This document shows, in pieces, positions 40,537-52,443 of a stretch of 64,000 nt of DNA; within the stretch, counting starts at the first letter, position 1; each line of letters starts with the position of its first letter. Source of the stretch: an uncultured delta proteobacterium (GTDB lineage: Bacteria; Myxococcota; UBA727; VGSZ01); contig CAVZJB010000011.1 in the NCBI GenBank assembly GCA_963775425.1, forward strand, positions 864,001-928,000, read 5' to 3'. A program made the position numbers and the translations under genes. The notes beneath the pieces were generated by a model. That model was not told where the DNA came from. It did no database searches and worked only from the letters and a program-made list of their open reading frames with translations.

Positions 40537-41196
40537 TCAATCCTCGTAGACGACGCGCAGGCGGCGGAGACCGTCTTCCAGGGAGCAACTGACGAGGGCG
40601 CCGCCGGCCTGCAGCACGACGAGCGCGTTGAGGCTCGCGTCCTTCTCCGCCGCCGAGCGCAGGCGGGCCATGAAGGCGAAGTTCAGCGTGTCGATCTCGT
40701 CGAACAGGCGCCGCAGCTCGGCGATGTCGGCGGGGCGGCCGTCGAGGACGGCGCGCACGAGGTGCGCGGCGACGTTGCGGTGGACGACCTCGACGGGCGA
40801 AGCGAAGGGCAGGTGCATCTCGGCGAGCGGCTTCAGGCGGCGCAGGATGGGGCAGCCGCTCGTGGCCATGATGAGCCCCATCAGCGCCGACAGCGCGGTC
40901 TGCGCGTCGGTGTCCTTGCGAACCTCGCGCTCGCCGCTCAACACCCGCGCGTTCACGCGCGCGATGGACGACAGCGCGGAGAAGCTCTCCACCACCGGCG
41001 CGAGATCGGCGGCCGGCGGGCAGACCGCGTCCTGCTCGAGGGGCAGCGGGCAGTGCGGGCAGCGCTCGTGCTCGAGCGCGGTCCACACCGGCAGCGCGCC
41101 GCGCTTCTTTGGAGCGGCCCGCCCGACGTCGACATCGAAGCGGTGCTCGACGCCGTCGATGGTCAGGACGTACGTGATGCTCGCGTGCTTCCCCAC
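40537..41196 (-). CDS. DUF6901-like Cys-containing protein
   Basis: WTAL...CPHCPL...[27 protein letters not shown]. Confidence 0.65.
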   Translation of the reverse strand: MGKHASITYVLTIDGVEHRFDVDVGRAAPKKRGALPVWTALEHERCPHCPLPLEQDAVCPPAADLAPVVESFSALSSIARVNARVLSGEREVRKDTDAQTALSALMGLIMATSGCPILRRLKPLAEMHLPFASPVEVVHRNVAAHLVRAVLDGRPADIAELRRLFDEIDTLNFAFMARLRSAAEKDASLNALVVLQAGGALVSCSLEDGLRRLRVVYED

Positions 41197-41221
41197 GCGA
41201 CGAGGCTAGCGCGTTTGGGCG

Positions 41222-41785
41222 TCACCAGGTGACGGTGTACGTGATGCGCCGCGCGCCGGGGTCGACGGCGGCTTCGACCGCGCCATCGACCTTGCACAGC
41301 GCGAGCACGCCGCTGAACGTGCCGCACGTGCCCTCGATGTACTCGCGATGATCGAAGAAGAGCGGCGCGGCGCCGTCGACGTGGAGCGCCACGCGGTGCT
41401 CCCCTTCGAGGTCGACGCTGAGGGCGCCGCAGCCGCGGTAGATCTGGTTCCACGCCGTGGGGGCGCGCTTCAAGAGCGACGCGGGCGTGAGCCCGAAGAT
41501 GGAGACCACGGCCGAGAGGATGGGGCGCAACAGCGGCCCCTCGGTGGCGCGCAGCAACGCGCGCTTGCTCCAGTCACGCACGCCCGCGGAGCCCGTGGCG
41601 TCCGCGACGGCGGCGGTGAGCGCAACGTCGACGGAGAGCGGCAGCCAATCGACGCGCGCGGCCGCGCGGATGGCCGTCACGGCGTCGGGCACCGCCGACA
41701 GGACGCGCGCCTCGACGTCCGCGCCGAGGAGCGCGAGCGCGCCGAGGTTGTCTTGGACGTAGCTGGCGCGCATCTCGGGGCCCAT
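41222..41785 (-). CDS. Hypothetical myxobacterial protein (V4R/DUF2378-like)
   Basis: ARVDWLP, W..IYRGCG and the terminal YTVTW typical of this small fold. Confidence 0.55.
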   Translation of the reverse strand: MGPEMRASYVQDNLGALALLGADVEARVLSAVPDAVTAIRAAARVDWLPLSVDVALTAAVADATGSAGVRDWSKRALLRATEGPLLRPILSAVVSIFGLTPASLLKRAPTAWNQIYRGCGALSVDLEGEHRVALHVDGAAPLFFDHREYIEGTCGTFSGVLALCKVDGAVEAAVDPGARRITYTVTW

Positions 41786-41835
41786 CGGGCCTGCTACCGC
41801 CTTGCCGGCCTCGAAGGAAGCCGTCCGGTGGGTTC

Positions 41836-42351
41836 TCAGGGGAGCGCGCCGAAGACACGCTCGAGGTCGGCGAGGTCGGCGAGGATCTTCTCTTCGCGGG
41901 CTCTTCGCAGCGTGGCGTCGTTGACGATGTGGTCGAGGCCGAGCGGCAGGACCGTCACCAGCCGATAGATGATCCGCGTGGTGCGACCCGGCGCGTCCTC
42001 GAGCTGGATGTCGATGTCGAGCGCGCCGCCGGGCCCGGCGTCCACGACGTTGCAGTGGACGAGCGACGGCGCGCGGGTCTTGAGCGCGAGCACGACCGCG
42101 TGGCCGAGGATGCGCGACGTCACCCGCCACTGTCCGGGACCGTGCGGCTCCACCTGCACGGCGTCGCTGAGGAACGCCTTCCACCGCGACGGATGGGAGA
42201 GCGCCGCGAACACCCGTTCGCGCGGTGCTGCGATGTGCGCGACGGCGACGGACGCCCCGTGCTCGACGCGTGTGAGCAGGAGCGGCTGTGCGTCTCCCCG
42301 CACGGCGACGAGGGCCAAAACCAGGATGAGCGTCGCTCGGACCATCGCCAT
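41836..42351 (-). CDS. SRPBCC (START-like) family protein with signal peptide
   Basis: HIAAPRERVFAALSHPSRW motif; C-terminal LADLE helix. Confidence 0.65.
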   Translation of the reverse strand: MAMVRATLILVLALVAVRGDAQPLLLTRVEHGASVAVAHIAAPRERVFAALSHPSRWKAFLSDAVQVEPHGPGQWRVTSRILGHAVVLALKTRAPSLVHCNVVDAGPGGALDIDIQLEDAPGRTTRIIYRLVTVLPLGLDHIVNDATLRRAREEKILADLADLERVFGALP

Positions 42352-42477
42352 CACACCTTCGAGCGAGATGTCGTGCAGCAGCGGTGCCACCGTCGCCGTC
42401 GTCGTCGTCGAGGTACGCCCGTTGCATGCTCGTTCGCAGGGCGAGCGCCGTGTGCGCGCGCGCCGAGGAGAGTCGCG

Positions 42478-42885
42478 ATGAACGCCGTCGACGTCATGAC
42501 CCAGAACCCCCGAACGCTGCCGCCGTCGGCGTCGCTCTCCGAGGCGATCGCGTTGATGCGCCATGAGCGGGTGCGTCATCTGCCACTCACCGTCGAGGGG
42601 CGGGTCGTCGGGATGCTCAGCGACCGCGACCTGCGCGAGCTGTCCCTGGGGGCCCTGCTCGCCGGTGACGTCGAGGAGGGGCGCGACCGCATGGCGCAAG
42701 CCATCGGCGACGTCGCCGCACGCGACGTCGTCACGGTGCAGCCGCAGACGGAGCTGCGCGTGATCGTCGACCTCCTCGTCGAGCGCCGCATCGGCGCCGT
42801 CCCCGTGGTCGACGCCGACGGCGGCCGCATCGTCGGCCTCGTGAGCGTCGTCGATGTGCTGCGCGCTGTGCGCGATCTCGTGTGA
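42478..42885 (+). CDS. CBS-domain pair protein
   Basis: DVMT, VRHLP, VGMLSDRDL, IGAVPVVD, GLVSVVDVL; SD GAGGAG. Confidence 0.9.
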   Translation: MNAVDVMTQNPRTLPPSASLSEAIALMRHERVRHLPLTVEGRVVGMLSDRDLRELSLGALLAGDVEEGRDRMAQAIGDVAARDVVTVQPQTELRVIVDLLVERRIGAVPVVDADGGRIVGLVSVVDVLRAVRDLV

Positions 42886-42908
42886 GCGCGCGGCGCGTCG
42901 GGCGTGGC

Positions 42909-43160
42909 TCAGACGGTGATGCGGTGCACGTCGAGCTCGGAGCCTGTCTGGCTCGCGAGCACGTCGAAGAACGCGGCCAGCGCGTCGACCCGCGCGGTGT
43001 CGCCGCCGGCGCGCGCGGTGAGGCACACGCGGAGCCCTCGCCAGCGCGAGCGCACGCCGCGCCGCTCGAGGCCGAAGCGGACGATGGCGTGCTCGATCTC
43101 GCGGGCGGTCTCCCCCCACCTGAAGATCGGCACCGACAGAGACGCTTCGAGCTGCTCCAC
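42909..43160 (-). CDS. Small hypothetical protein
   Basis: 83-aa GTG-start ORF with normal composition; no family recognised. Confidence 0.45.
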   Translation of the reverse strand: MEQLEASLSVPIFRWGETAREIEHAIVRFGLERRGVRSRWRGLRVCLTARAGGDTARVDALAAFFDVLASQTGSELDVHRITV

Positions 43161-43214
43161 GAGGTCAGCCTAGCGACGGGCCGCACCGGCGGTGTGACGA
43201 TTCGTCCCCGTCCC

Positions 43215-43243
43215 CGTGACGGCTCTGTGGCAGGGCTGTCACA
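43215..43243. promoter_or_regulatory. Three 11-bp-period CTGTCAC-like boxes (OmpR/PhoB-type site)
   Basis: CCGTGAC-GGCT-CTGTGGC-AGGG-CTGTCAC in the intergenic region. Confidence 0.35.
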
Positions 43244-43258
43244 CCCGCGCGCGCACGC

Positions 43259-43981
43259 TCACAGCGCGCGGCGGAAGAGCTCCACGACGGCCGCGACGGC
43301 GCGGTCGGCGGCGTCCGCGTCGTAGCGGGCGCCCTCGTCGCGCATGAAGGTGTGCTCGGCGTCGTAGAGCCGCGCCTCGAAGCGAACGCCGGCCTCGTCG
43401 AGGTGTCGATGGATGCGCGCGCGGGCATCGGCGGGGATGTGCGGGTCGTTGCGCCCCCACACGAGGAGCATCTCGCCGCGGATCTCCTGGGCGCGCTGGA
43501 GGGAGCCGGCGTCGGCGGAGGCGCCGAGCTTGCCGTCGTGGATGCCGGTGCCGTAGCAGATCGCGGCCGCTTTCACCTCGGGGAGCATGGCGCAGCGGAA
43601 GGCCACGTGGCCGCCGAAGCACCAACCGATGACGCCGACGCGCGTGTGGTCGACGTCGTCGCGTTGCTCGACGGCGTCGATGACGGCCTGCGCGTCCTTG
43701 TCGAGGTCGGCGACGACGACCTTGTCGGCGTCGGCGAGGGCGCGCGCGCAATCCTTCTCGAAGTCGAGCGCGGTCCCGGGAGGCTCGATGCGGGTGTAGA
43801 TGTCGGGCGCGACGACGACGAAGCCGTACCCGGCGAGCCGTCTCACGATGCGCTCGTGGGGCGGCGTGCGCTGGAAGATGTCGGACCACGCGACGACGGC
43901 CGGGAACCGTCCGGGGGACGCGGGCTTGGAGACGAGGCATTGCACGCCGGCGATGTCGAGGGATTCGGTGGTGGTCTTCAC
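43259..43981 (-). CDS. Dienelactone hydrolase family protein
   Basis: SDIFQ, GWCFGGH nucleophile, DPHIP, AEHTFMRDEG. Confidence 0.92.
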   Translation of the reverse strand: MKTTTESLDIAGVQCLVSKPASPGRFPAVVAWSDIFQRTPPHERIVRRLAGYGFVVVAPDIYTRIEPPGTALDFEKDCARALADADKVVVADLDKDAQAVIDAVEQRDDVDHTRVGVIGWCFGGHVAFRCAMLPEVKAAAICYGTGIHDGKLGASADAGSLQRAQEIRGEMLLVWGRNDPHIPADARARIHRHLDEAGVRFEARLYDAEHTFMRDEGARYDADAADRAVAAVVELFRRAL

Positions 43982-44088
43982 CTCGCCTTTGTACTCCCGG
44001 GATGCGGCGCGTGCACACCTGTGTCGTCCTCACACGACGACGGGTGCTGCTTGTTCGGCCGCCGCGATGTGCGGTACCCAGGAGAGAC

Positions 44089-45770
<1,682 letters not shown>

Positions 45771-45774
<4 letters not shown>

Positions 45775-46982
45775 TCGTCGCGCTGCTGCTCGCGGTGGCC
45801 ACCGTGCCCGGCGTCGTCGACCCCGCGCCGCTCGACGCGGCCGCGCGCAAGGCCGCGGCCGACAAGCGCTACTGCGACGCGGCCGCGTTCTTTGCGCGCG
45901 CGTTCGCTGCGAGCCAACAGGCCAAGCACCTCTACAACGAGGCCGAGGCGTTCTACGCCGCCGACGATCCGGTGAAGGCGCTCGACGCGTACAAGGACCT
46001 CCTCACGCGCTTCCCGTCGTACGAGCGCGCGGACAAGGCGCACCAACGCATCACCGAGCTCGGCGCCGAGATGGCCAAGGGGAGCATGGGCAACACGTGC
46101 CCCGACGCCCCCGCGTCGGTGTGCGGCAACGGCCTCATCGAGGGCGACGAGGCCTGCGACGACGGCAACCTCATGGAGGGCGACGGCTGCTCCTCCCTGT
46201 GCCGGCCCAGCACGCCCCCGGCACCCGTCACGCCCGTGTGCGGCGACGGCGTCGTCAGCGGCGCCGAGGCCTGCGACGACGGCAACAACTACGACGGCGA
46301 CGGCTGCGACTCGAACTGCACCGAGACCGGCTGCGGCAACGGCCGCGTCACCCGCGGCGAGCAGTGCGACGACGGCAATCTCGTCGACGGCGACGCCTGC
46401 TCCTCCATCTGCACGCTGCCCATCTGCGGCGACGGCCACGTGGACCCGGGCGAGGAGTGCGACGACGCCAACGACGTCGACGGCGACGGCTGCGAGCGCG
46501 ACTGCAGGCGGAGCCCCGTGTGCGGCGACGGCGTCGTCGGCGTCACCGAGGAGTGCGACGACGGCAACACCGCCGGCGGCGACGGCTGCGACGCCGCCTG
46601 CCACCGGGAGATCGCGCGCGCCACGCCCCCGCACGAGGGCAAGGGCGCGGGCCCCTGGCTCCTCGCCGGCGCAGGCGCCGTCGCCATGCTCGGCGGCGTC
46701 ATCACCGGCGGGATCGGCGTCGTGCCCGCGCTCGACTACCTCGCGGTCCGCCCGACGCAGACGTCGCTCGAGGACCAATACGCGCAGGCCACCACGACCC
46801 CCGAGCGCACGACGCTCGCCGAGCAGGCGGTGGCGCAGCGAAAGGTGCTCCAGGGCGACCTCGACGCCTGGAACGGCTTCGGCATCATCGCGGCGTGGGC
46901 GGGCGTCGGCCTGTTCGTCGGCGGCGTCGGCGCGGGCGTCGCCGGCTTCGCCTGGGGCGTCGCGCCGGAGGACGGCGAATGA
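45771..46982 (+). CDS. TPR + Myxococcus Cys-rich repeat (DUF4215) protein with C-terminal TM helices
   Basis: Five CGxG....E.CDDxN..GDxC repeats; N-terminal TPR (LYNEAEAF...ALDAY). Confidence 0.85.
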
Positions 46983-47632
46983 GGACCGTCGTCGTCGTCG
47001 CCTGCGTCGCCGCGCTCGCCGCGTCGTGCCCCCTCAAGGACGACCTCACGCCCTTCGGCACCGAGTGCGAGGCGGACCGCGACTGTGGCCGCGGCTACGT
47101 CTGCGACCCCGTGCAGACCATCTGCGTCGAGGAGGGCGCCGACCAGGTCGACGAGGGCGCCGTCGTCGCCGCCTTCTGCGGCAAGCTCGCGGAGTGCGAC
47201 GGCCCCGAGGCCGGCTGCGCCGCCGGCCACCAGGCCGTGCTCGACGCCGCGGCCGGCCAGGGCAGCGACGTGTGCCGGCGGATGCATGACGCCGAGCTCG
47301 ACCTGCTGCACTGCCGCTCGGCGCTCACCTGCAACGACTTCGACGGCGGCGGCGGCTGCGCCGACGAGCTCGCTGCGGTGTTCGCCGTCGGCGACGACGG
47401 CGGCAACGCCTGTCGCGTCGGCGACGCGCCGTTCGACGTCCCCGGCTGGGCCTGCCCGGGCCACTACCTCGGCGACGGCGACTGCGACTGCGGCTGCGGC
47501 GGCCAGGACCCCGACTGCAACGGGCAGGGCTGCGTCGAGCCGAGCTGCAACGACGACGCCCACTGCGACTTCTGCTACGACGCCGCCGGTCAGGCGCAGG
47601 GGCGCGCCAACGACGCCTGCAGCCGCGGCTGA
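46979..47632 (+). CDS. Cys-rich lipoprotein
   Basis: ATGA overlap; LAASC lipobox; CEADRDCGRGYVC and W.CP...GDGDCDCGCG..DPDC modules. Confidence 0.75.
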   Translation: MRTVVVVACVAALAASCPLKDDLTPFGTECEADRDCGRGYVCDPVQTICVEEGADQVDEGAVVAAFCGKLAECDGPEAGCAAGHQAVLDAAAGQGSDVCRRMHDAELDLLHCRSALTCNDFDGGGGCADELAAVFAVGDDGGNACRVGDAPFDVPGWACPGHYLGDGDCDCGCGGQDPDCNGQGCVEPSCNDDAHCDFCYDAAGQAQGRANDACSRG

Positions 47633-47725
47633 CCCTCCCGAGCGATCGGTAGGTGACGCGCCTCTGGACCCACGCTGCCCCGCGCGCTACTCGCGCCGCG
47701 TTCGCCTTGTCCGTGGGAGGTCTGC

Positions 47726-48367
47726 GTGCTCAAGAAGATTCTCATCGCCGTCGTGCTCGTCCTCGGTGCGTTCATCGGCTTCGTCTTCACACGGCCGGCG
47801 ACGTATCACGTCGAGCGCTCCGTGCGGGTGGAGGCGCCGACCGACGTCGTCTACGCCGACATCAACAGCCTGAAGGACGGCTTCGTGCGCTGGTCGCCGT
47901 GGGAGAAGCTCGACCCCAAGATGAAGCGGACGTTCAGCGGCCCCGCGGAAGGCGTCGGCGCGAGCTACGCGTGGGAGGGCAACAAGGACGTCGGCAAGGG
48001 CGACATGAAGATCACCGAGAGCACGCCGGGCGCCATCGTGAAGGAGGACCTCGAGTTCATCGAGCCGTTCGCCTCCAAGGCCGTCATCACCATGTCGCTC
48101 GTGAAGGAAGGCGACGGCACCAAGGTGACCTGGGCCCTCGACGGCGACAACGACTTCGGCGGCAAGCTCATGAGCGTGTTCTCGTCGATGGACAAGATGA
48201 TCGGCCCCGACTTCGACGCGGGGCTCAAGAACCTCCAGACCGTGGCGAAGGAAGACGCGGACAAGGCCGCCGCCGCCGCCGCCCCCGTCGGCGATCCGCC
48301 GCCGCCGCCGGACGGCGCCGTGCCCGCCCCCGGCGCCGCCGCGGACGCGCCGCCCGCCAAGGGCTGA
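47726..48367 (+). CDS. SRPBCC / polyketide-cyclase family protein
   Basis: VERSVRVEAP, WSPW, GVGASYAWEGN, MDKMIGPDFDAGL. Confidence 0.9.
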   Translation: MLKKILIAVVLVLGAFIGFVFTRPATYHVERSVRVEAPTDVVYADINSLKDGFVRWSPWEKLDPKMKRTFSGPAEGVGASYAWEGNKDVGKGDMKITESTPGAIVKEDLEFIEPFASKAVITMSLVKEGDGTKVTWALDGDNDFGGKLMSVFSSMDKMIGPDFDAGLKNLQTVAKEDADKAAAAAAPVGDPPPPPDGAVPAPGAAADAPPAKG

Positions 48368-48385
48368 TCGCGCGCCCGACGATCG

Positions 48386-50023
48386 TCAGGGCACGAGGAC
48401 GCCCAGTTGCGTGCCGTTGGTGTTGTTGGCGCCGACCCTGCAGTTGGTGGCGGCCGAGGCCTGATCGCAGGCGGAAGCGTCGCAACGAAAGAACTGCGGG
48501 GTCCCGCCGCTGACGCCGCAAAACGCGGCGCGGCAGGTGTTCTGCGTGGTCAGCGAGCCGAGGTTTGCGCAGGCGGTGTTCTGCACCGCGAACACCGGGA
48601 CGCCGCCCGCGGCGATCTTGTCGCTGTTGATGGAGCGGTCCGCGATCTTGGCGGTGGTGATGCCGTTGTCGGCGATGTCGACGTCGCGGATGGTGCCGTC
48701 CTTGATGTCGTTGCTGGCGATGGTGCCGTCGAGGATGTCGGCGCTGGCTACGCTGTTGTCGACGATCTTGCTCGCGTCCACGCTGTTGTTGGCCATGTCG
48801 GCGAGGGCGACCGTGGCGTCCTTGATGTCGGCGGTGGTGATGCTGCCGTCGAGGATCTTGGAGCTGTCGACGCAACTGCCCGCGAGGTCGACCGCGGCCA
48901 CGGCGCCGTTTTGGATGTCGGCGCTGGTGACGGAGTTGTCGGCGATCTTGGCGGAGTTGACGCTGTTGTCGTCGAGGTCGGCGACGCCGACGCTGCCGTC
49001 CAGGATCTCGGCGCCGGTGACCGCCCCGTTAACGATCTTGGACGCGTCGACGCTGTTGTTGCCGAGGTCGGCGAGGCTGATGCTGCCGTCGGTGATGTTG
49101 GAGCCGGAGACCGCGTTTTGCGCGAGGTCCGCGCTGGTGATGGTGCCGTTCTGGATGTCGGCGCTCGTCACGGACTCGTCGACGATCTTGGCGGAATTCA
49201 CGCTGTTGTCGCCGAGGTCGGCCAGGCGCACGTCGCCGTCGAGGATGTCGCGCGACGCCACGCTCTCGTCCACGATTTGATCCGAGCCGACGCTGCCGGC
49301 GGCGAGGTCGGCGAGCTCGACCGAGCCGTCGGCGATGTTCTCGCCGTTGACGGCGCCGGTGGCGATGTCGGCGCCCGTGATGCTGCCGTCGAGGATGTCC
49401 GTGCCGGTGACGCTGTCGTCGACGATGCGGGCGGCGTCGACGGAGCCCGGCGCGAGATCGGCCAGGGCGACGCTGCCGTCGGCGATCTGTGCGCTGCCGA
49501 CGCCGTCGTTGGAGATGGACAGCGTGCCGTCGGCGGCGAGGGAGAGGCCGGCGCCGGCGCGGACGGTGCCGGTGGCGGTGACGTCGTCGACGCCGTCGGC
49601 GAAGTCCGGCGGCAGCCCTTCGATGTCCTGCCAGCGTACGGTGCCGGCGCGGAACGCATATGCCTGGGTGGCCAGGCGCACGCGCGGGCTCAGGGTGACG
49701 CCGTCGACGGCGATCTCCATGAAGCGCTCGCCGCCGTCGAGGAAGGTGGGATCGAACTCGAGGTCGACGACGAGGTTGCCGGCTGCGACCAACACGCTCG
49801 GCTCGCTGAAGCTCGCGAGCGGGGTGCCGCCGGCCTCGGCGTCGTACAGGTCGAAGGTGAACGCGTGCGTGCCGTCGAGGGGGGCGCCGTCGAGGTCCGT
49901 GAGCGTGCCCGCCCACGTCATGACGCCGGGCACGCCCTGCGCTCGCGCCGGCGACGCGGCGGCGACGGTCAGCGCGGCCACGACGAAGAGCGCGCGCAGG
50001 AGTGTGGAGGGGGTTCGCATCAT
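48386..50023 (-). CDS. Secreted fibre/adhesin-like protein with about 30 decamer repeats
   Basis: Signal peptide; G.L.D..G.PL.G...F.LY N-domain ending PR..L...YA; [DN]xS[VI]xxx[DK][IL]x repeats; Cys-rich tip. Confidence 0.75.
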   Translation of the reverse strand: MMRTPSTLLRALFVVAALTVAAASPARAQGVPGVMTWAGTLTDLDGAPLDGTHAFTFDLYDAEAGGTPLASFSEPSVLVAAGNLVVDLEFDPTFLDGGERFMEIAVDGVTLSPRVRLATQAYAFRAGTVRWQDIEGLPPDFADGVDDVTATGTVRAGAGLSLAADGTLSISNDGVGSAQIADGSVALADLAPGSVDAARIVDDSVTGTDILDGSITGADIATGAVNGENIADGSVELADLAAGSVGSDQIVDESVASRDILDGDVRLADLGDNSVNSAKIVDESVTSADIQNGTITSADLAQNAVSGSNITDGSISLADLGNNSVDASKIVNGAVTGAEILDGSVGVADLDDNSVNSAKIADNSVTSADIQNGAVAAVDLAGSCVDSSKILDGSITTADIKDATVALADMANNSVDASKIVDNSVASADILDGTIASNDIKDGTIRDVDIADNGITTAKIADRSINSDKIAAGGVPVFAVQNTACANLGSLTTQNTCRAAFCGVSGGTPQFFRCDASACDQASAATNCRVGANNTNGTQLGVLVP

Positions 50024-50457
50024 GGCAACACTCCGGTGAGGATCTGCGGCGTCACCGACAGGCGCGCGTCCTGCCCAGCGAGCGCGGGGCGCTGGTCGTC
50101 GGCGGCGCGGACGACGAGGCGAAGGCCGCCGCCCTCGAGCACCGCCGACGTCGCAGGGGCGATGGACAGCGCGAAGCCCGCCTCGCCCTCGCCCTCGCCC
50201 TCTCCCTCGCCCTCGCCCTCGTCGCCCTCGCCCTCGCCCTCGCCCTCCCCTTCTCCTTCGGCGCCCCCGCCGCCGGCGGCAGCGCAGACGCCGTCGACGC
50301 TGCAGACGAGGCCGACGGCGCAGTCGGCGTCGCCGTCGCAGGACAGCGGGAACGGGCCGAGGTCGCAGCCGCCCGACGCGGCCGCGAGCCCGAGCGCGAG
50401 CCCGAGCGCGAGCGACGCTCGTCCCGGATCGCGCGGCGTGAGGCGGCGGAGGGGCAC
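50020..50457 (-). CDS. Small lipoprotein with a Cys module and GE tract
   Basis: ASGGC lipobox; CDGDADCAVGLVCSVDGVC; GEGEGE; the stop overlaps the fibre-gene start. Confidence 0.65.
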   Translation of the reverse strand: MPLRRLTPRDPGRASLALGLALGLAAASGGCDLGPFPLSCDGDADCAVGLVCSVDGVCAAAGGGGAEGEGEGEGEGEGDEGEGEGEGEGEGEAGFALSIAPATSAVLEGGGLRLVVRAADDQRPALAGQDARLSVTPQILTGVLP

Positions 50458-50513
50458 GGCACGACGATAGCGCCGCCCGCCGCGCCGCCGAAATGTGTCG
50501 CGATGTGTGGCGC

Positions 50514-51530
50514 TCACGCCTTGGCGATCTTCCGCCCTCGCTCGCGCGCGTCGTAGCTGATGATGACGTCGGCGCCCGCGCGGCGCATGGACAGGAGCGT
50601 CTCCTCGGAGGCGCGCTCGAAGTCGATCAGGCCCTTGTCGGCCGCGGCCACGAGCACGGCGCGCTCGCCGGAGACCTGGTACGCGAAGATGGGCAGATCG
50701 CTCTCCTCGCGGCAGTCGCGCATGACGTCGAGGTTGGTGAGCGCGGGCTTCACGAGCAGCGCGTCGGCGCCCTCGGCCTCGTCGAGCTTCCACTCGCGCC
50801 GCGCCTCGCGCCGGTTGCCCGCGGGCATCTGGTAGCTCTTGCGGTCGCCGAACTGCGGCGCCGAGTGGGCTGCGTCGCGGAACGGACCGTAGAACGCCGA
50901 CGCCATCTTCACCGCGTAGGAGAGGATGCCGGTGTCGACGAGGCCGTTTTCGTCGAGGGCGTGGCGGATGGCGCCCACGCGGCCGTCCATCATGTCGCTC
51001 GGCGACACGAAGTCGATGCCGGCGCGGCCGAGCTGCACCGACATGTTGGCGAGGATGGGGAGCGTCTTGTCGTTGTCGATGCTGTGGCCCTCGACGACGC
51101 CGCAGTGGCCGTGCGAGGTGTAGCTGCACAGGCACACGTCGGCGAAGAGGACGAGCTCGGGCCACTTCTTCTTGAGCGCCGCCGTGGCGTCGAGGAGCGG
51201 GCGGAGCTGGCTCGTGAGCGCCGCGCCGCCGTCGGGGGCCTTGGCGTCGTGGCCGTGGTCGTGGCGGTCGTCGGGGACGCCGAAGAGCATGATGCCGCCG
51301 ACGCCGGCGTCGACGAGCGGCGCGACCTCCTCGAGGAGCGTGTCCGGCGTGGTGGTCCACAGGCCCGAGCCCGGGGAGCTCTCCTTCTTGATGCCGCTGC
51401 CCGGCGGGACGAAGTACGGCATGACCAGGTTGCGCATGTCGACGGTGGTCTCGGCGAAGAGCCGGCGCACCTCGGCGTTTCTGCGCAGGCGGCGGAGGCG
51501 GACGGGCAGGTCGGGCTTCTTGGTGGTCAT
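50514..51530 (-). CDS. hemB: Porphobilinogen synthase (Zn-dependent)
   Basis: RLRRLR, DVCLCSYTSHGHCG, PSDMMDGRV, FYGPFR, VKPA, YQVSGE. Confidence 0.96.
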   Translation of the reverse strand: MTTKKPDLPVRLRRLRRNAEVRRLFAETTVDMRNLVMPYFVPPGSGIKKESSPGSGLWTTTPDTLLEEVAPLVDAGVGGIMLFGVPDDRHDHGHDAKAPDGGAALTSQLRPLLDATAALKKKWPELVLFADVCLCSYTSHGHCGVVEGHSIDNDKTLPILANMSVQLGRAGIDFVSPSDMMDGRVGAIRHALDENGLVDTGILSYAVKMASAFYGPFRDAAHSAPQFGDRKSYQMPAGNRREARREWKLDEAEGADALLVKPALTNLDVMRDCREESDLPIFAYQVSGERAVLVAAADKGLIDFERASEETLLSMRRAGADVIISYDARERGRKIAKA

Positions 51531-52390
51531 GGCTTGTCCTCCAGGGATCGAATGAAGTCCGCGACGTCGGCGCCGCGCGGCACGAGCGTAGACGGAAAGG
51601 GCAGCGCGCGGGCGGTGGACTCGCCGACGCACACGACGGCGGCCGCCCCGGGGCGCGCGGCGACGGCGCCGGCGAGCGCGCGCGCCGCCGAGGGGCTGAA
51701 CACCACGGCCTTCAGCGGTCCGGCGCGCGCCGCGAGGGCGTCGGCGAGGCCGGCGGGGGGGCGCGTGGCGTAGACGGCCTCGCGCACGACCTCGCCGCGC
51801 GCCGCGAGGAGCGCGACCGCCTCCTGCTGCTCCGGCTGCGCGAGCCCCGCGTCGCTCGTGGGGTAGAGCACGCGCCCCCGGAAGCCGGCGTCGACGACGG
51901 CGTGGGCGAGGGCGACGGCCCCGCCCTCGGCGGTGACGTCGACACGCGCCCCGGCCTCGACGACGACGTCCGCCGTTCGCGGCGCCACCGCCGCGAAGCG
52001 CGCGCGCGGCGGCGCGTACGCCGCCGTGACGACGACGCGCGCGAGCACGAGGCGCGCGGCGTACGGGCTCGTCAGGAACCACAGGGCGTCGTCGCCGGGC
52101 GCGAGCCGCGCGGGCCAGCCGAGGGGCGCGCGCTCGATGCACGGCACGCACACGGCCTCGAGGCCGCGCGCGCGCAGCGCGTCGACGAGGGGGGCGGCGT
52201 CCTCAGGCTCGCGCGTGACGATCCAGGGGCCCGGCGCCCAGCGCCCCGCCGCCGGGGGGCCCGGCGCCCGCGGCGAATCGGCGGGCGCGCCGGGCGGCGC
52301 GTCGGACGCGGGCCGCCCGCTCGCCCCACAGCGCCCCGCCACGAGGGGCGCGCCCGGGCCCGGCGACGAGGAGGGCGGCGTCGAGATCAC
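51527..52390 (-). CDS. hemD: Uroporphyrinogen-III synthase
   Basis: VTRE, LTSP, AVYAT, FSPSA, VGESTA; the start is uncertain (Pro-rich N-terminus). Confidence 0.85.
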   Translation of the reverse strand: MISTPPSSSPGPGAPLVAGRCGASGRPASDAPPGAPADSPRAPGPPAAGRWAPGPWIVTREPEDAAPLVDALRARGLEAVCVPCIERAPLGWPARLAPGDDALWFLTSPYAARLVLARVVVTAAYAPPRARFAAVAPRTADVVVEAGARVDVTAEGGAVALAHAVVDAGFRGRVLYPTSDAGLAQPEQQEAVALLAARGEVVREAVYATRPPAGLADALAARAGPLKAVVFSPSAARALAGAVAARPGAAAVVCVGESTARALPFPSTLVPRGADVADFIRSLEDKP

Positions 52391-52443
52391 GAGCTCCGGT
52401 CTAGCCGACTGCGTTGACGTCGACCACGTCGCCGAAGCCCGTA

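Noticed and set aside
48386-50023. Prophage tail fibre
   Set aside because: It has a Sec signal peptide and there are no phage structural genes nearby.
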